This document shows positions 1 to 11,391 of a DNA stretch of 64,000 bases, piece by piece. Source of the stretch: Rhodosorus marinus CCMP1338. Taxonomy: Eukaryota; Plantae; Rhodophyta. The first letter of the stretch is position 1. Every line of letters starts with the position of its first letter. The stretch is from NCBI GenBank assembly GCA_029953675.1, contig JAMWBK010000006.1:1426001-1490000 (forward strand), read 5' to 3'. The position numbers and the translations under genes are program-made. Below the pieces are notes generated by a model. It had not been told where the DNA came from, searched no databases, and saw nothing but the letters and a program-made list of their open reading frames with translations.

Positions 1-583
1 CTTCGTCGAACAAGGACAAGGTGTTCTGGTTTGGATCAGAGAGCAGGGAACGATGAGCAAAGGCTGCAGATGATATAGAGTGAACGCTCCCGGCTCTTCG
101 CTGTGACGCAACCAGTTGAGGAGGAAGAATCGGGAGAACTAGATGAGATTCGTCAAATATCCTGCATACGTAAGTGGCTGTAGTTGCAGTCCAGTTAGCA
201 ACCCCAGAAAGAACAGCTTATCCTCGTGTACGTGGTCACGAAAGTCTGAAGGAGAGCCAATTCGGAAGTTTCCACTGGCCAGGACTATCGATCTCATCGA
301 ACAGCAGTGACAAGCTTCCCATCGACAGAACAGAGAACCGTCCCGTGTTCAGTTGCCGGTGATTCAGTTGTTCAGCAACGACCGTGAGGGAGTTGTCCCT
401 TTTTGAATCCACTGGAGCCTCGAGGCAATAGCTTTTCAACGAAGGGTGCACATTCGCGAAGGTGGCCGCAAGCAGATCACGAACCCTAGCAGCTGCTCTG
501 TTCTGATCATCTACTGCTATGAGCTGGGGGAGCAGCCTTTCGTCACATGCAGCTAACGGTGGCGACCCCACAGCAACCAACAA
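1..583 (-). CDS. Hypothetical protein, partial (runs off the window start)
   Basis: 115-aa ORF 236-583, then a CTAAC..TACAG acceptor near 180 and a frame open to base 1. No family recognised. Confidence 0.3.
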
Positions 584-632
584 AAACTCCTCACACGCAC
601 TGTTTGAGTAGGTCTACTTGACCTTTCAGCAA

Positions 633-3600
633 TTAGCTCGGAGTCGGAAGCGAGTTCGAAACTCTACTTTCTGCTGCCGATGCAGTCGTACTGCTCTTCA
701 AGCGACCCACCTAAGCTCCATTCAAGTGAAACATGCTTTGCTCAGATAAGACTCTGAGCATCGGGGCCACGACAATCTGCGTATCCACCACCTACCGCGG
801 TTGAGTATTCCTCGACGAACTTCTCGGTAAGGGCCTCAGCTTCAATCCAGTTGGGCAAGGTCTTTGCTCTCGAGGAGAGGATGTACTGAATGACTGCGAC
901 ATCAGCCGATCAGATGAAGACAGAAAACTTTTGCTAAGGTTCTTTTCCGAATATTTGCAGCGAATCCTTCAGCATGCACTTTCACAATGTTCTGCTCACC
1001 CAGCAATACATGCTCGACCATGATAATGACGAGAAATTCTTGCACAGAATCGATTTCGTCGCCAATGACGTGATCTCCGAGCTTCGAAGTGAACAAGATG
1101 AGACCCAAGTTCACAGCCATGCTGGCCATGCATACTAGTGTGAAGGCGTACTGGACCGAACCAATTGAAAGGGCCCTCCGAGGAAAATTCCTGCATCTCA
1201 CAGGATCCAGAAAAGGCTTAAGATTCCGCGCGGCACCGCTTCACGGGTTCTGTTCTACGCTGATGGCTGCGTTACCTCCGGCGAGTTCTAAACGCTGCGA
1301 AGAGCTCTGTGTAAACCTGAAAATAGTTGCCAATAAATGCTCCAACGGCTCCAAAGGGTAGAGCGGCTGCGAACAGAACGAGTTGCCCTGTCCCAAAAGG
1401 AAGAAAGACAAATCAGGACAACCGTCCCGTTGAAAGCAGCTACTCTTCTACGTTATTTTGGCTGATAAAAAGTCCTCTCTCCGGTTTCTTACCAAATTGT
1501 GAAGTGATCCTCGAGTAGTCCATTACGTCCGCAGCAGCTGCTTCAGAGAGCTCCATTTCCTCCTGCAGAATTCAGAAGTACCCAAAGGTCAGCAACAACA
1601 CAACGGAACTACCCACCACAATTTTTCACCAAGAGCATGTGCCCGCACCAGTATTGGGCTTTTGTTCGCGTGGGTTTGGCTTTCGTCCTTCTTCATTTGC
1701 CCTTCTCTAGAAACCTTTCCATGCAGCTTGTATCTATACAGCCCTTGAACGAAGACCTTCAAAAAGAGAAATATCATCTGCATAAGGATTTTCACAACTC
1801 GCGGGCGGACACTATCGCAACCCCTAGGTATTCATCGGAAACCCAAGCCTTACCTGTTTCAGAACTGTGGCTACCATTTCCAAAACATTGATCAGTAGGA
1901 GTGCCTTGAGCAGTTCTTCAAACTCGCTTTTGTAGAAGGCCAGATAAAAGTATGACACGTTCTTGCACAACAGTTTGTAGAGCATCTGTACATCGAAGCA
2001 GTCGTCGTAGGTTCACGAAGCACCTTAGTACATGTTCTTGTCGCCTTTCGTGAGTTGAAAAGGTCGTTTTCAACACACCTGCCTGAGGAACAACACATTC
2101 TCGTGCTCCCTCATCAGCTCATGACTTTCATAGTTTGTGACCGCCTTAGTCAGTGCGTTGTAGCCAACTTCCAGGATGTTCAAAGCGGCGATGTACACGA
2201 TCGTCGGCACCTGCAGAAGACCTTGGCTTTTTGCAAACATAAATCCCATCTGAATAAGCTCTTCACGGTCCTTGAAGGACAACTGCATGAAAGTAAGCAA
2301 ATGAATAACCACAATCGTAAGCAACGCCAGAGGGATGAGCAGTACAGATATGCTGCAGGGGTGAGGCAGATCATACCAGCGACTCTATTGAAGGAGTATC
2401 TTCGACGAATTTGGCAACCACTTTTGCTAGTTCGAGGCTGTAATGAAGAGCGAAACATGACCCGATGAGGTACAGAGCAAGAGAACACCATGAACCGAAT
2501 TCCACGAGCTTCGCTTGCTTCTAGCTCATCAGCATTTGTACAGGGGCATGCGCAGGGAATGGTCAGACACAACCGAATGGATACATCGCAACATCGAAAA
2601 GCGCATGGTGGTTAGTTTACCTGTGACCCTCTTGACCTATTAGTTGCATGGCGCTCATTGATTTCGGCCTTGGAAAACTGGAACTGTACTAGCGCATCAT
2701 TCGGGAGACAGTGATGCCATAAGTAGGTCATTTCACTGTTCTTCCTCTGCCAGATATCCAGGTATCGGCTTGCCCAGATGTATGTATATGCAGAGTATGC
2801 GCAGACGCAAAGAGCGCGATAGCGCAGAGGAAATAACAAGCCCGACACTCCGAATACGAGACCTTTATATTGCCCGGAGAACAAAAAAAAACGGTTCGGC
2901 GTCAGAGGGCTCTGCCTAGGTAGTAATTGCGCTCGTGGACAGCTTGAGCACAGACCTCCGCAGGCGAGGAAGACAAGCCAATTCACGTAGAGAGTGAGAA
3001 ATGCGTAGTAGACGGCGTCGTAGTCTCCAAAGTAGCCCTGAACTTTGCAAATGGTTGAAAACGTTGGAATTGGATTCTTCCAGGTGAGCGTGGACATGAT
3101 TTGGTTGGCCTCATTGCGATCGTGCATCGGAAAGAAAGCCTCAACGACGTCGATCCTTCTCAGAAAGTGAATTAGGGACTCGTCCTCTCGCCAGTCTAGA
3201 TTGGTCCACGAATTGAGCATTCAAGAACGTTAGCGTTGTTGGTGGTTGGATTTCGACATGGACTTTCACGAAGGGACTGACCTTTCAGTTTATCTGAACC
3301 AGGTTGAGGATCAGGTTTGATGTTGAACAGAGCATGACGGATGAGAATGAGCTCCTCTTCGGGTGAGGTCATATACCGAATTGACAGTCCGTTCGGTTTA
3401 AATTCAGCAGTCTAATTAGTCGTCGAGAGCGAACACCTCAGAAATCCAGAGGTTGTTCTAGCATGTTGGGAAAGAGCAATTACCTTGTAGGGTGTAACTG
3501 CTCCCCTCGAATTCCGCTTGCGAAGGGACGCCGATTCCGCCGCCTCCTCGAGTCCCTCGAGGGTAATCTCAAGCAAACACCTGCGAGATCCTTCTTCTTC

Positions 3601-3834
3601 CTCCGTCACTTTGAAGCTCTTCCTCCTAAGCACCTCCAAAACCTCGCTGAAATCCTCCTCGCTGGCGCTGCTCTTCAGAACCAGAGCAACCTCAACTGGT
3701 TTCCGTTCCTTACCAACCAAACAATCCAACTCGGGAACGTCCTGCAGAGCCTCAGTAAACCTCCACCAGTCATCGACCGTGCTTTTAAATCCGTGTCTCT
3801 CGGACATTCTGGAACGATGTGCCCGATGGCAAAC
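633..3834 (-). CDS. Anoctamin/TMEM16 family protein (ANO10/ANO8-like), multi-exon
   Basis: Spliced segments match anoctamin motifs: KVQGYFGDYDAVYYAFL, LTKAVTNYESH, YFYLAFYK, DYSRITSQFG|QLVLFAAALP, SIGSVQYAF..NLGLILFTS, IIMVEHVLL. Stop TAA at 633-635 after the last intron. Confidence 0.9.
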
Positions 3835-3912
3835 TAGAAAAACTATTTCCTAACTTCGGCTTCGTTCAGCGAAAACTTGTCGAGCCCTCCTGAAGGAAAA
3901 ACAAAAACCACT

Positions 3913-4780
3913 CTACAGGGAGAACGTCCAACCAAACGTCGTGTAGGGTTTCCACTCTGGCATTCGTCGATCAACTGGCAAAAGAACGGAAAAGACTGCT
4001 ATAGCTCCGTCAACATCATCATAGAAGAAGCTGTACAGAGCAATCGATGAGGAAAGCGGATCAGACTGATCGAAGAAGACGAACAGAGAGCTCAGAGAAG
4101 CAACGAGCTTCTTCTCATATGATTGCAATCCGCTGATAGCTTGTCTGATATCTTTGTGAGGTGGGCTTATAATGAAGTTGACAAGACAGAGTATTAGACC
4201 ATTGCCACGCTCTTGGTGGTCCTGGTTATGAAACCAAGCCATACCCCGTTCATCGGTCGGAAGATGAACTCTGTCACTCGAAGAGTCCGTAGCAACGACC
4301 AACACTCCGGTCGAGGAAGACCAGCAAATCAATAGAACTAATAAGTTTCTCTTCGAGCAAAAGCGAAAGTGAAGAATCACGCCTTCATTTCGTCCGAAAT
4401 TATCTTCATAGCCATAGCGAATGAGTACAGCTTTTGAATCCGTCGACGGGGATGGCTTTGGAAAATGGCTACACAAAGAAAGAGCAGCTCGCCTCGTGGA
4501 AGGGTACTGAAAGCAGCTTGGCCCATGATGATATCAGAAGAACTCGACGACATCAAATATTCCACCAAAGAGTAAAAAGAGTCCCGACGAGGGTGGAGAT
4601 GGATTGCCTTGGAGAACGAGTCAAACGGTTACTGCCCGTCAATGCGAGAACTAGAGAAAAGTGCATTCTTGGCTCCTCTGCAGTGCGCATAGAATGATCG
4701 ATATCACCGACCACCTCCCCCGCCTGTTGTGAGTGCTCTACTTTGGAGGTTCTACATGATCCGGCATCCAGTAAGCTCAT
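3913..4780 (-). CDS. Upstream coding exons: N-terminal extension of the anoctamin or a separate hypothetical gene
   Basis: Successive minus-strand ORF pieces (4553-4780, 4377-4568, 3913-4476) with intron-like gaps. The anoctamin frame is open upstream of 3807 to an acceptor near 3835. Confidence 0.4.
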
Positions 4781-5083
4781 TCGGAAGACGAGAAAAAGCT
4801 GCGCTCCTTTTCAATGCGGATCTCGCTCTTCACAATTCTTAGCTCCAACTTGCATATTTTCTTCAGACTGCAGCGGGTTCATTTACAGAGTCTGATCCAG
4901 GAAAGAAATCTGAGTGTGCTTGCGCCCTGCTCCCTAGTAAAAAAAATAAGTCGATGGAATTTTACTGTAGTGTCGCCGCGTTCATAGATTCTCAGCTCCC
5001 AAATGTGAGAACGGGTCATTCCCTCCCCGGGGCTCCTACGTTCGGAGGGTTACAACAGCTTTGCTATGTCGTCACTGTTAGAA

Positions 5084-6773
5084 TCATATTATGGTATCGA
5101 GAGGGCACGAGTCCCTAATAATTTCCAGTAGACCATCAGCGAAGGCGTCTGAAGAATTGAGGCAGGGAATCAGCAACAGGTCATCCCCACCGGCCGCGAT
5201 GAAGTCCTCCTTTCCTCGAATGCCAATCTCCTCCAGAGTCTCCAGGCAGTCCGTAGTGAATGACGGAATGCAACAAGCCATTCTCCTAACCCCTTTCCTA
5301 GAACAGCGGTAGTGCCACGTTTCACCAAGTCAGTCCTCTCTGCGCAGAGCTCGTCACATCGAAGCTGGACAAGATGCGGACACAACGACTTACTCTGCTA
5401 GCTCCTCTATTACAGCATCCGTGTAAGGCTTAATCCATTCCTTTCCGGCTGCGGATAGGCGGCTTTGGAAGGCCACTGTGTACCTGTCCTCAGTTAATTC
5501 CAAGGTCGCTGCTAGTTTCCGAGCTGTTTCATAGCACTGGGCTCGATAGCAGTTCCTGTTCGCCTGTTCACATGGCATAATGTTCTACTTGAGAAGCCGA
5601 ATTCTCAGGGTGATAATTCATCCACGTGGCCGGTAGCAGGTCCAGAACCTCTGCGCTAAAATACGGATTGAAGTTCAACATAGGATCGATGATAAGCACT
5701 CCATACCTGTACAATTTGTTTGCAGCAGCTGCTATCTCCTTTACAGTGAAGACCTGTCTCGTCCGTGTTGAAGCAGTGTTGCTCCGGTGTTCCATGGAAA
5801 CTCATCAGAAGATGGTCGACCTTTGTCCCGCCCTGCCCAATTGTTTCTCTGATTGTCTCAGCGTAGGCTCTGAGGTACGCGGGATGGTCGAAGAAGGCCG
5901 GGACGACATGAAGGTACGGAGTATTGTAAATCTGTGAACCAAACGGTAAAACGCGAGACAAACGGCTTTGAGACCCTCAAGGCGACAATCGCCTTTTTCA
6001 ATAAGACAAGGGGGTTGCTAGTTGTCGTGCCTTTGCTGCCGCTTTGTACGCAATCTCTACAGCGGCTCCCGTCGCGGATGAGGCGTATTGTGGGTACATT
6101 GGTAAGATGACGATTTTGTCTACTCCGTTACTGCGGAACTTCTCAAACGCCCCACTAATATTCGGCTCACAGTATTGCATGCCCAGCTCGACCATAAATC
6201 CCTCTCCAAGGCGCTCACGCAGTTTCACTGCAAGGTCCTCGGTGTGATATATCAAAGGGGATCTAATTCGAGCACAACCTTCATGTCAAACTCAGCACCC
6301 AAGCACCATCAGACTTAGCACGTCCTACTTACCCCCGGTCCTCATCCCAAATACTGGAATATGCTTCCGCAGATTCCTTTGGTCTGGACGGCAGGATGAA
6401 TAAATTCAATACCAACCACCTGACGATGGGGTTAAGGTCAACTACGCGACCGTCTCCTAGGAACTGCCTGAGATACTCTCGAACATCCTTGACCTCCAGC
6501 GACTTAGGGGATCCAATGTTCATCAGAGCGATGCCTACACAACGAGGGCGACGCGCGTCTGTCAACAACAAAGAAGTCTCAAACCGAAAGAGTACGAAAC
6601 AGCCTACCAGTCTTCCCCCTAAACGGCTCTGGGGAAACAACCTCCAAACCAGGTATCGTCTCCACAGGCGACGCCGTCGTCGCGTAGAACTTCCCTCTCC
6701 CCCGTCGCGGCGCAGCCGAGATACCGCCCCGCCGAGTAGCCAACACGCTCCCGCCAGACACAAATCCTGCCAT
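5084..6773 (-). CDS. hemH: Ferrochelatase (protoporphyrin IX), plastid-targeted, bacterial-type
   Basis: MAGFVSGG transit peptide; [23 protein letters not shown]; LGMQYCEP; [13 protein letters not shown]; LMSFHG; AFQSRL..WIKPYTD; [13 protein letters not shown]; IPCLN. Confidence 0.96.
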
Positions 6774-6898
6774 CTCGACCCAACTTCTCACCCCAGGCCA
6801 AAAAAACCACAAAAACAATACCCTCGCGCTCTCCACCACCACAAAAACAGAAAACACAAATTCAGAAAGGAAGGACACTCCCACCTACACACTCCAAC

Positions 6899-6943
6899 CT
6901 CTCTCCCACCTCTCCCCACCTCTCCCCACCTCTCCCCACCTCT
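6899..6943 (-). repeat. 10-bp tandem repeat (GGTGGGGAGA)x~4.5 upstream of hemH
   Basis: Plus strand reads ctctcccacc tctccccacc tctccccacc tctccccacc tct. Confidence 0.9.
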
Positions 6944-7049
6944 ACCAGTCCACCTTCCCCACCGAACAAACTCCACAGAGCCCCCCTTTACTCAAGCCAA
7001 AAACTACACCCACCCAATTCTCTATTCTCACAGTCTAATTTCATAATCA

Positions 7050-7950
7050 CCCCCTAAGCAGGCAGGCCTTACGCCCCCCCCCCTGAATTCCTTTGCCCAC
7101 CAATATGTTAGCAATCTTCAACCCTCCCTTGCCAATTGAATCTAAAAGCCAATTTATTCTAATTTTAATAATAAACACGTACATTATCGTTTTTCACCTT
7201 TTTTATCATCATACCCTCTTACTACTGTCAGGATGAAGGTCGCGGCAAACAAACCCCCGAAAACAAAACAAAAAATCTCATCAGATTGCGGGGCCGTCCT
7301 CCCCTGTGAAAGAAAAAAGCAAAAACACAAACAAACAAAACCTCCTCCTTGTCCGCGCTAATAAAATCCTATTAAATTATATTCATTATTAATGATTAGT
7401 CGGTCTACTATATATCCACCAAGTGGTGAGATTAGCCAATAGTCATCTAATGATCTCGTCCCGTCCATAAATATCGATCCCCCGAACGAATATCATCTAC
7501 CGAAACAAAAACACCAGTATTTTGTTTTAGTCTCTTGGTTTTTTTTTGTTATGTTTTATCACTGTATGACTTTTTCCTCCTTTAACGAAAGAATCCTTTC
7601 AAAACCCTAGAAAAGGAGGAAACTAACGAGATAATAGATAAACCGTGATAAAAATTCTTTATTTCATTTTTATTCAATCTATTATGGCGTTATTGACTAA
7701 GTTTAATCTCGGAAAAGGCTTTTGCGGCGGCTCGATGAGAAAAGGGTTGGGTGTAAAATGTTAATATTTAGATGCATTTGACGAAATTATATCATCAGAA
7801 AAAAGAATTTTACGGGGACCGACGTGTTTTAATACAATAGTTATTTTGGATGTTGTTCAATATCAATATTGGTATAGAAATAATGGGTCTATTTGTAATT
7901 CTTCTTGATTATGATAGATTCGATTTGATTTGAGGTTCTGAAAAAGAGAA
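7050..7950. promoter_or_regulatory. AT-rich divergent promoter region with a CCAAT box
   Basis: AT-rich, no long ORFs; AGCCAAT near 7434; C/A-rich to G/T-rich composition switch between the divergent transcription units. Confidence 0.55.
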
Positions 7951-9674
7951 ATTGTTAGTGTTTGCGTGCGCTGTGCGACTGCTGCTGAATCCATTGATGT
8001 CTTGGGTGGATGGGGTCAGTTGATAAGGACATGAAGGTCGGTCGTGGATGCCTCAACTTTTGCTTAGCTTAGAATTTGTACTGCGTACCCCCGATTCCCT
8101 TGCAGATCTGTGATGTGATCGCGTGCTTTGTCTGCATTGAGTTAGCAAGCAGACGAAGCTGATTCTCGGATCTTCTGCGTCTGGTTTACCAACCCATCGT
8201 GGTCAGCGTTTGTCTAGATATTTTCTGAGCGGATTCCGGCTCTGAATCATCAACGGTTCTCGAGTAGGCTGGGTCCGACTTGCCTATGTACTCTAGGAAC
8301 ATATTCGCTTATCCGACTTCAATGAGTTTTTTTTCTCTGCGGTGTATTGGTCCTGAGATAGCTTGACCATTTGCATGCCATGATCCTTGTCGAGGTCCTG
8401 ATGATAAGAGAGGAACCTGGACCACGGGTGGATTCGTTTTCCGAGCTTTTAATGTGAAAAGAGTCTGTTGAAGTCCCGGAATTGTCTTCCCAATCCGCTC
8501 TCGGAGTAGTGGTCCATGTCAGTAAATCAAGGAGAGTTCAGTGCCTGGTGAGACAGTGCACAAATCAGCCTTCGCGCGGGCATGACAGACGTGGATGAGC
8601 ACAATTGCTGGGATTATCGTCATATGAGAAACGCGTTCGGCTGAATGGTTTGCGGTCCCGTCGTAAAGAACGTTTGCACTAGCGAGATGTCCTCATTTCC
8701 AGACAGGACGGTTTCAGGTCTGGGAGGAACCAAACTGAGACAGCTCTACCCAGCGATATTTGATCATCAAAAATCTCTTGCTTTGACAAAGTTCACGCGT
8801 CAATAATGCGACGGCGGTGGAGTCGTCAGCAAGTCCGAGACGTAAGCAGCGCTGACCAGGAACAGTAATAATTCGCGATATGTACTGGACATGGACAGGT
8901 TGAGGCAGCTCACCCACACACGCTCTATGTTGAGTGGCGGGTCCAGACTAAAGCGGAGGCACTGTGGGCAACCTCGACCATGTGAATGCTTGCCGTTTTC
9001 CGCCCATTCAGCCGCTCTCATCCTGCCCGTGCTGCGAAAATAGGTTTGAAGCCAGTCCTCTACAACATAGGCACCACAACACAACCACACATGGCGCAAT
9101 TCCGATCAATAAACTCCACGTAAGCCCTCGGATCTTGCCTTTCCTAGTTGTGCCAGGCATGAAGCCTCTCCAGTTCCTTCCAAGCTACGAAGACGATCTG
9201 TTCCGTTGCGAATCGGCGAGATGTCGAGAATGTGAACCCAAAACAAAAAGATAGTTGTGGTCACGTCGAGAATCGTTTTGCTATTTTCTGTTGAAACGCA
9301 GCTTAACCGATCCTCTGTCGAGCATCAGAGTAGAATAATCCCAGACAGACGTAACCTTCTCCCAACCTTTTCGTCGAGGGGCAGTCCTTGACAAGCTTGC
9401 GGTTTGCTTTGTTTGCTTCGGGTTCCTTGAATGGCTTGAGCACTATCGGTAGTGATGAGGTACTAAACCCAATGCAGAGGTCCATGACTTAAGCTCTTTG
9501 AGCTCAAATGCCCAGCTTTTGAGACGAGCTGGCCGATCGCGAACGATGAGGAAGGAAGGCAGCATGAGATCGGACTGCAACAGAATCGTACCTGAGACGC
9601 TGGAAGGTATTGAATCTTTCGTTTGAGTAAGTAAAACGAAGAGCTTGACGTACCTGGACTACGAGCTAGCTGAA

Positions 9675-11012
9675 ATGAGTGAAGATCGGGTTCGGAGCGA
9701 GAAGCTCGACGAGATTGGGGAGTACAAAGGCAATCCATTCCGAAGACGATCTGTCCCGCTGAGATGGCAAGGTGTTGCGAAGGTGAGTGAAACAACATTC
9801 GGGCCCGTCGAGAACAGAATTGTTGTCATGGAGTCGGATGAAATGTCGCTTAGACCATCCTCTCTACGGTACATGTCGCTTCTGTGAAAGGTCTGCGTAG
9901 GAATGGTCCTCGTACCGATGAGAGTTATGCTTTGTACATTGGCCCTTTGCTTGTCGTTGGGATCGATCTTGGCGGTCACATATGGAGATCCTCCTAGAGA
10001 CTTTTTGCAGCCACAGGACAGGAAGAAAAGGTTCGAAAGGTTTTTGCCCCAGAACAGAGCGTGAGCTCCTGCGGCTGATCTCATATTGACGTTCTGAAAA
10101 TTCTATCCTAATCGACCAAACACCGAAGAAAATTCGTGGAGAAAGTTTCAAAGCTATGCGGTAGAGCTGTCATGATTGTCATGGGAGGTTGGAACGTTGA
10201 GGAGCATCTGGCAGTGGATCCACCAGAGGTTAGTGTCCCTGGTACCTACGTCATTGTATCTAATCATGTATCATTTATGGATATAATGTACCATGTATGG
10301 CGATCTACCCCTTCATTCATTGCAAAGGTGAGTTTCTGATACAGATGTGACGCCGATATTCCAATTTCGAATACACACATGAGCGTTCTCACTCTTTCCA
10401 CAGGCGGAGGTTTCGCGAATTCCGATTATAGGACCACTGGCTCGAGTGCTTCAGACTATTTTCGTGGACAGAGAATCGGGAACCACACAGAGTGCTTCCA
10501 TGCTGCTAAAGAGTCGTCTGAGCATACCAGGTAAACAATTCACTTTGGCTCCTTACCGAAATGCCTTGAGCATCCCGTGGTCCTCATCCCAAACTGTTCG
10601 TGGTGGGTTTGCGCTATCAGGCTTTCCGTCAACACTCGTTTTCCCGGAGGCCACTACTTCGAATAATGAGTGTCTCCTCCCCTTTCACACTGGGGCCTTC
10701 CTTGCCGGAGCTCCGGTCAAGATTTTTGTCTTCGAGTACGGGGTTGTCGATTTCGACTATTCATACTGTGGATTAACGCTTCCCGTGCTCTGGTCGATAT
10801 TGAGCGAACCCGTTCTTCCTCTCAAGGTCACCAGTCTACCAATGTATTTTCCATCTGAGAAGGAGAGAAATGATCACTTCCTCTACGCCAACAACGTAAG
10901 AGCGGAGATTCAGAAGGTGTTGTGCGTACCATACTCAAGCTTCACGTTGAAGGACCGGAACGAGCGCAACATGTCCAGGGAGGATCTGAGTGCTTTGGTC
11001 AAACAGGATTGA
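9675..11012 (+). CDS. Lysophospholipid acyltransferase (LPCAT/LPEAT, PlsC family)
   Basis: NPF near the N-terminus, TM segment VLVPMRVMLCTLALCL, catalytic NHVSFMD, PSFIAK|AEV, IFVDR, LVFPEATTSN, FHTGAF. Confidence 0.92.
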
Positions 11013-11391
11013 CAAATGTGCTTTGTAACGCGAAACTGATAATCGACGTTAGATAGGCCGGTTACTAGTGTTCGGAGAAGGTTGGACATTACTTTCCGCT
11101 AGAAAAGCAGAATGAACAGAGGCTATGCACAGAATGCGACATCAAGCACTTACTCTTCGCAGTGGCTAAGTATGAAACTTTGACCTTGAACGCCGGCATG
11201 CGTTTCAAGTCTGAATTGGGTGATGAGGCTTCCGTGAACAATTTAAAATATTCGGCAAAAATCCTACTCTTTCAGAGCAGCAAGAGTTTAGAGGAGTTAG
11301 ATACCGCGCTCTGGAGAGCGGTGGAGCTGTGAAAAAGAGCATAGGTACCAACCGCTTGTGGGTAATGGTTCCCTTCAGAATAGAAATCCAA

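Noticed and set aside
1589-1625. VVPLCCC Cys run in an anoctamin ORF
   Set aside because: Probably intronic read-through; the protein resumes at an acceptor near 1565.
6396-7046. 216-aa Pro/His/Lys-rich ORF (similar ones at 27305, 34208, 39728, 50142-50711)
   Set aside because: By-products of leader strand skew; low complexity and opposite real genes.
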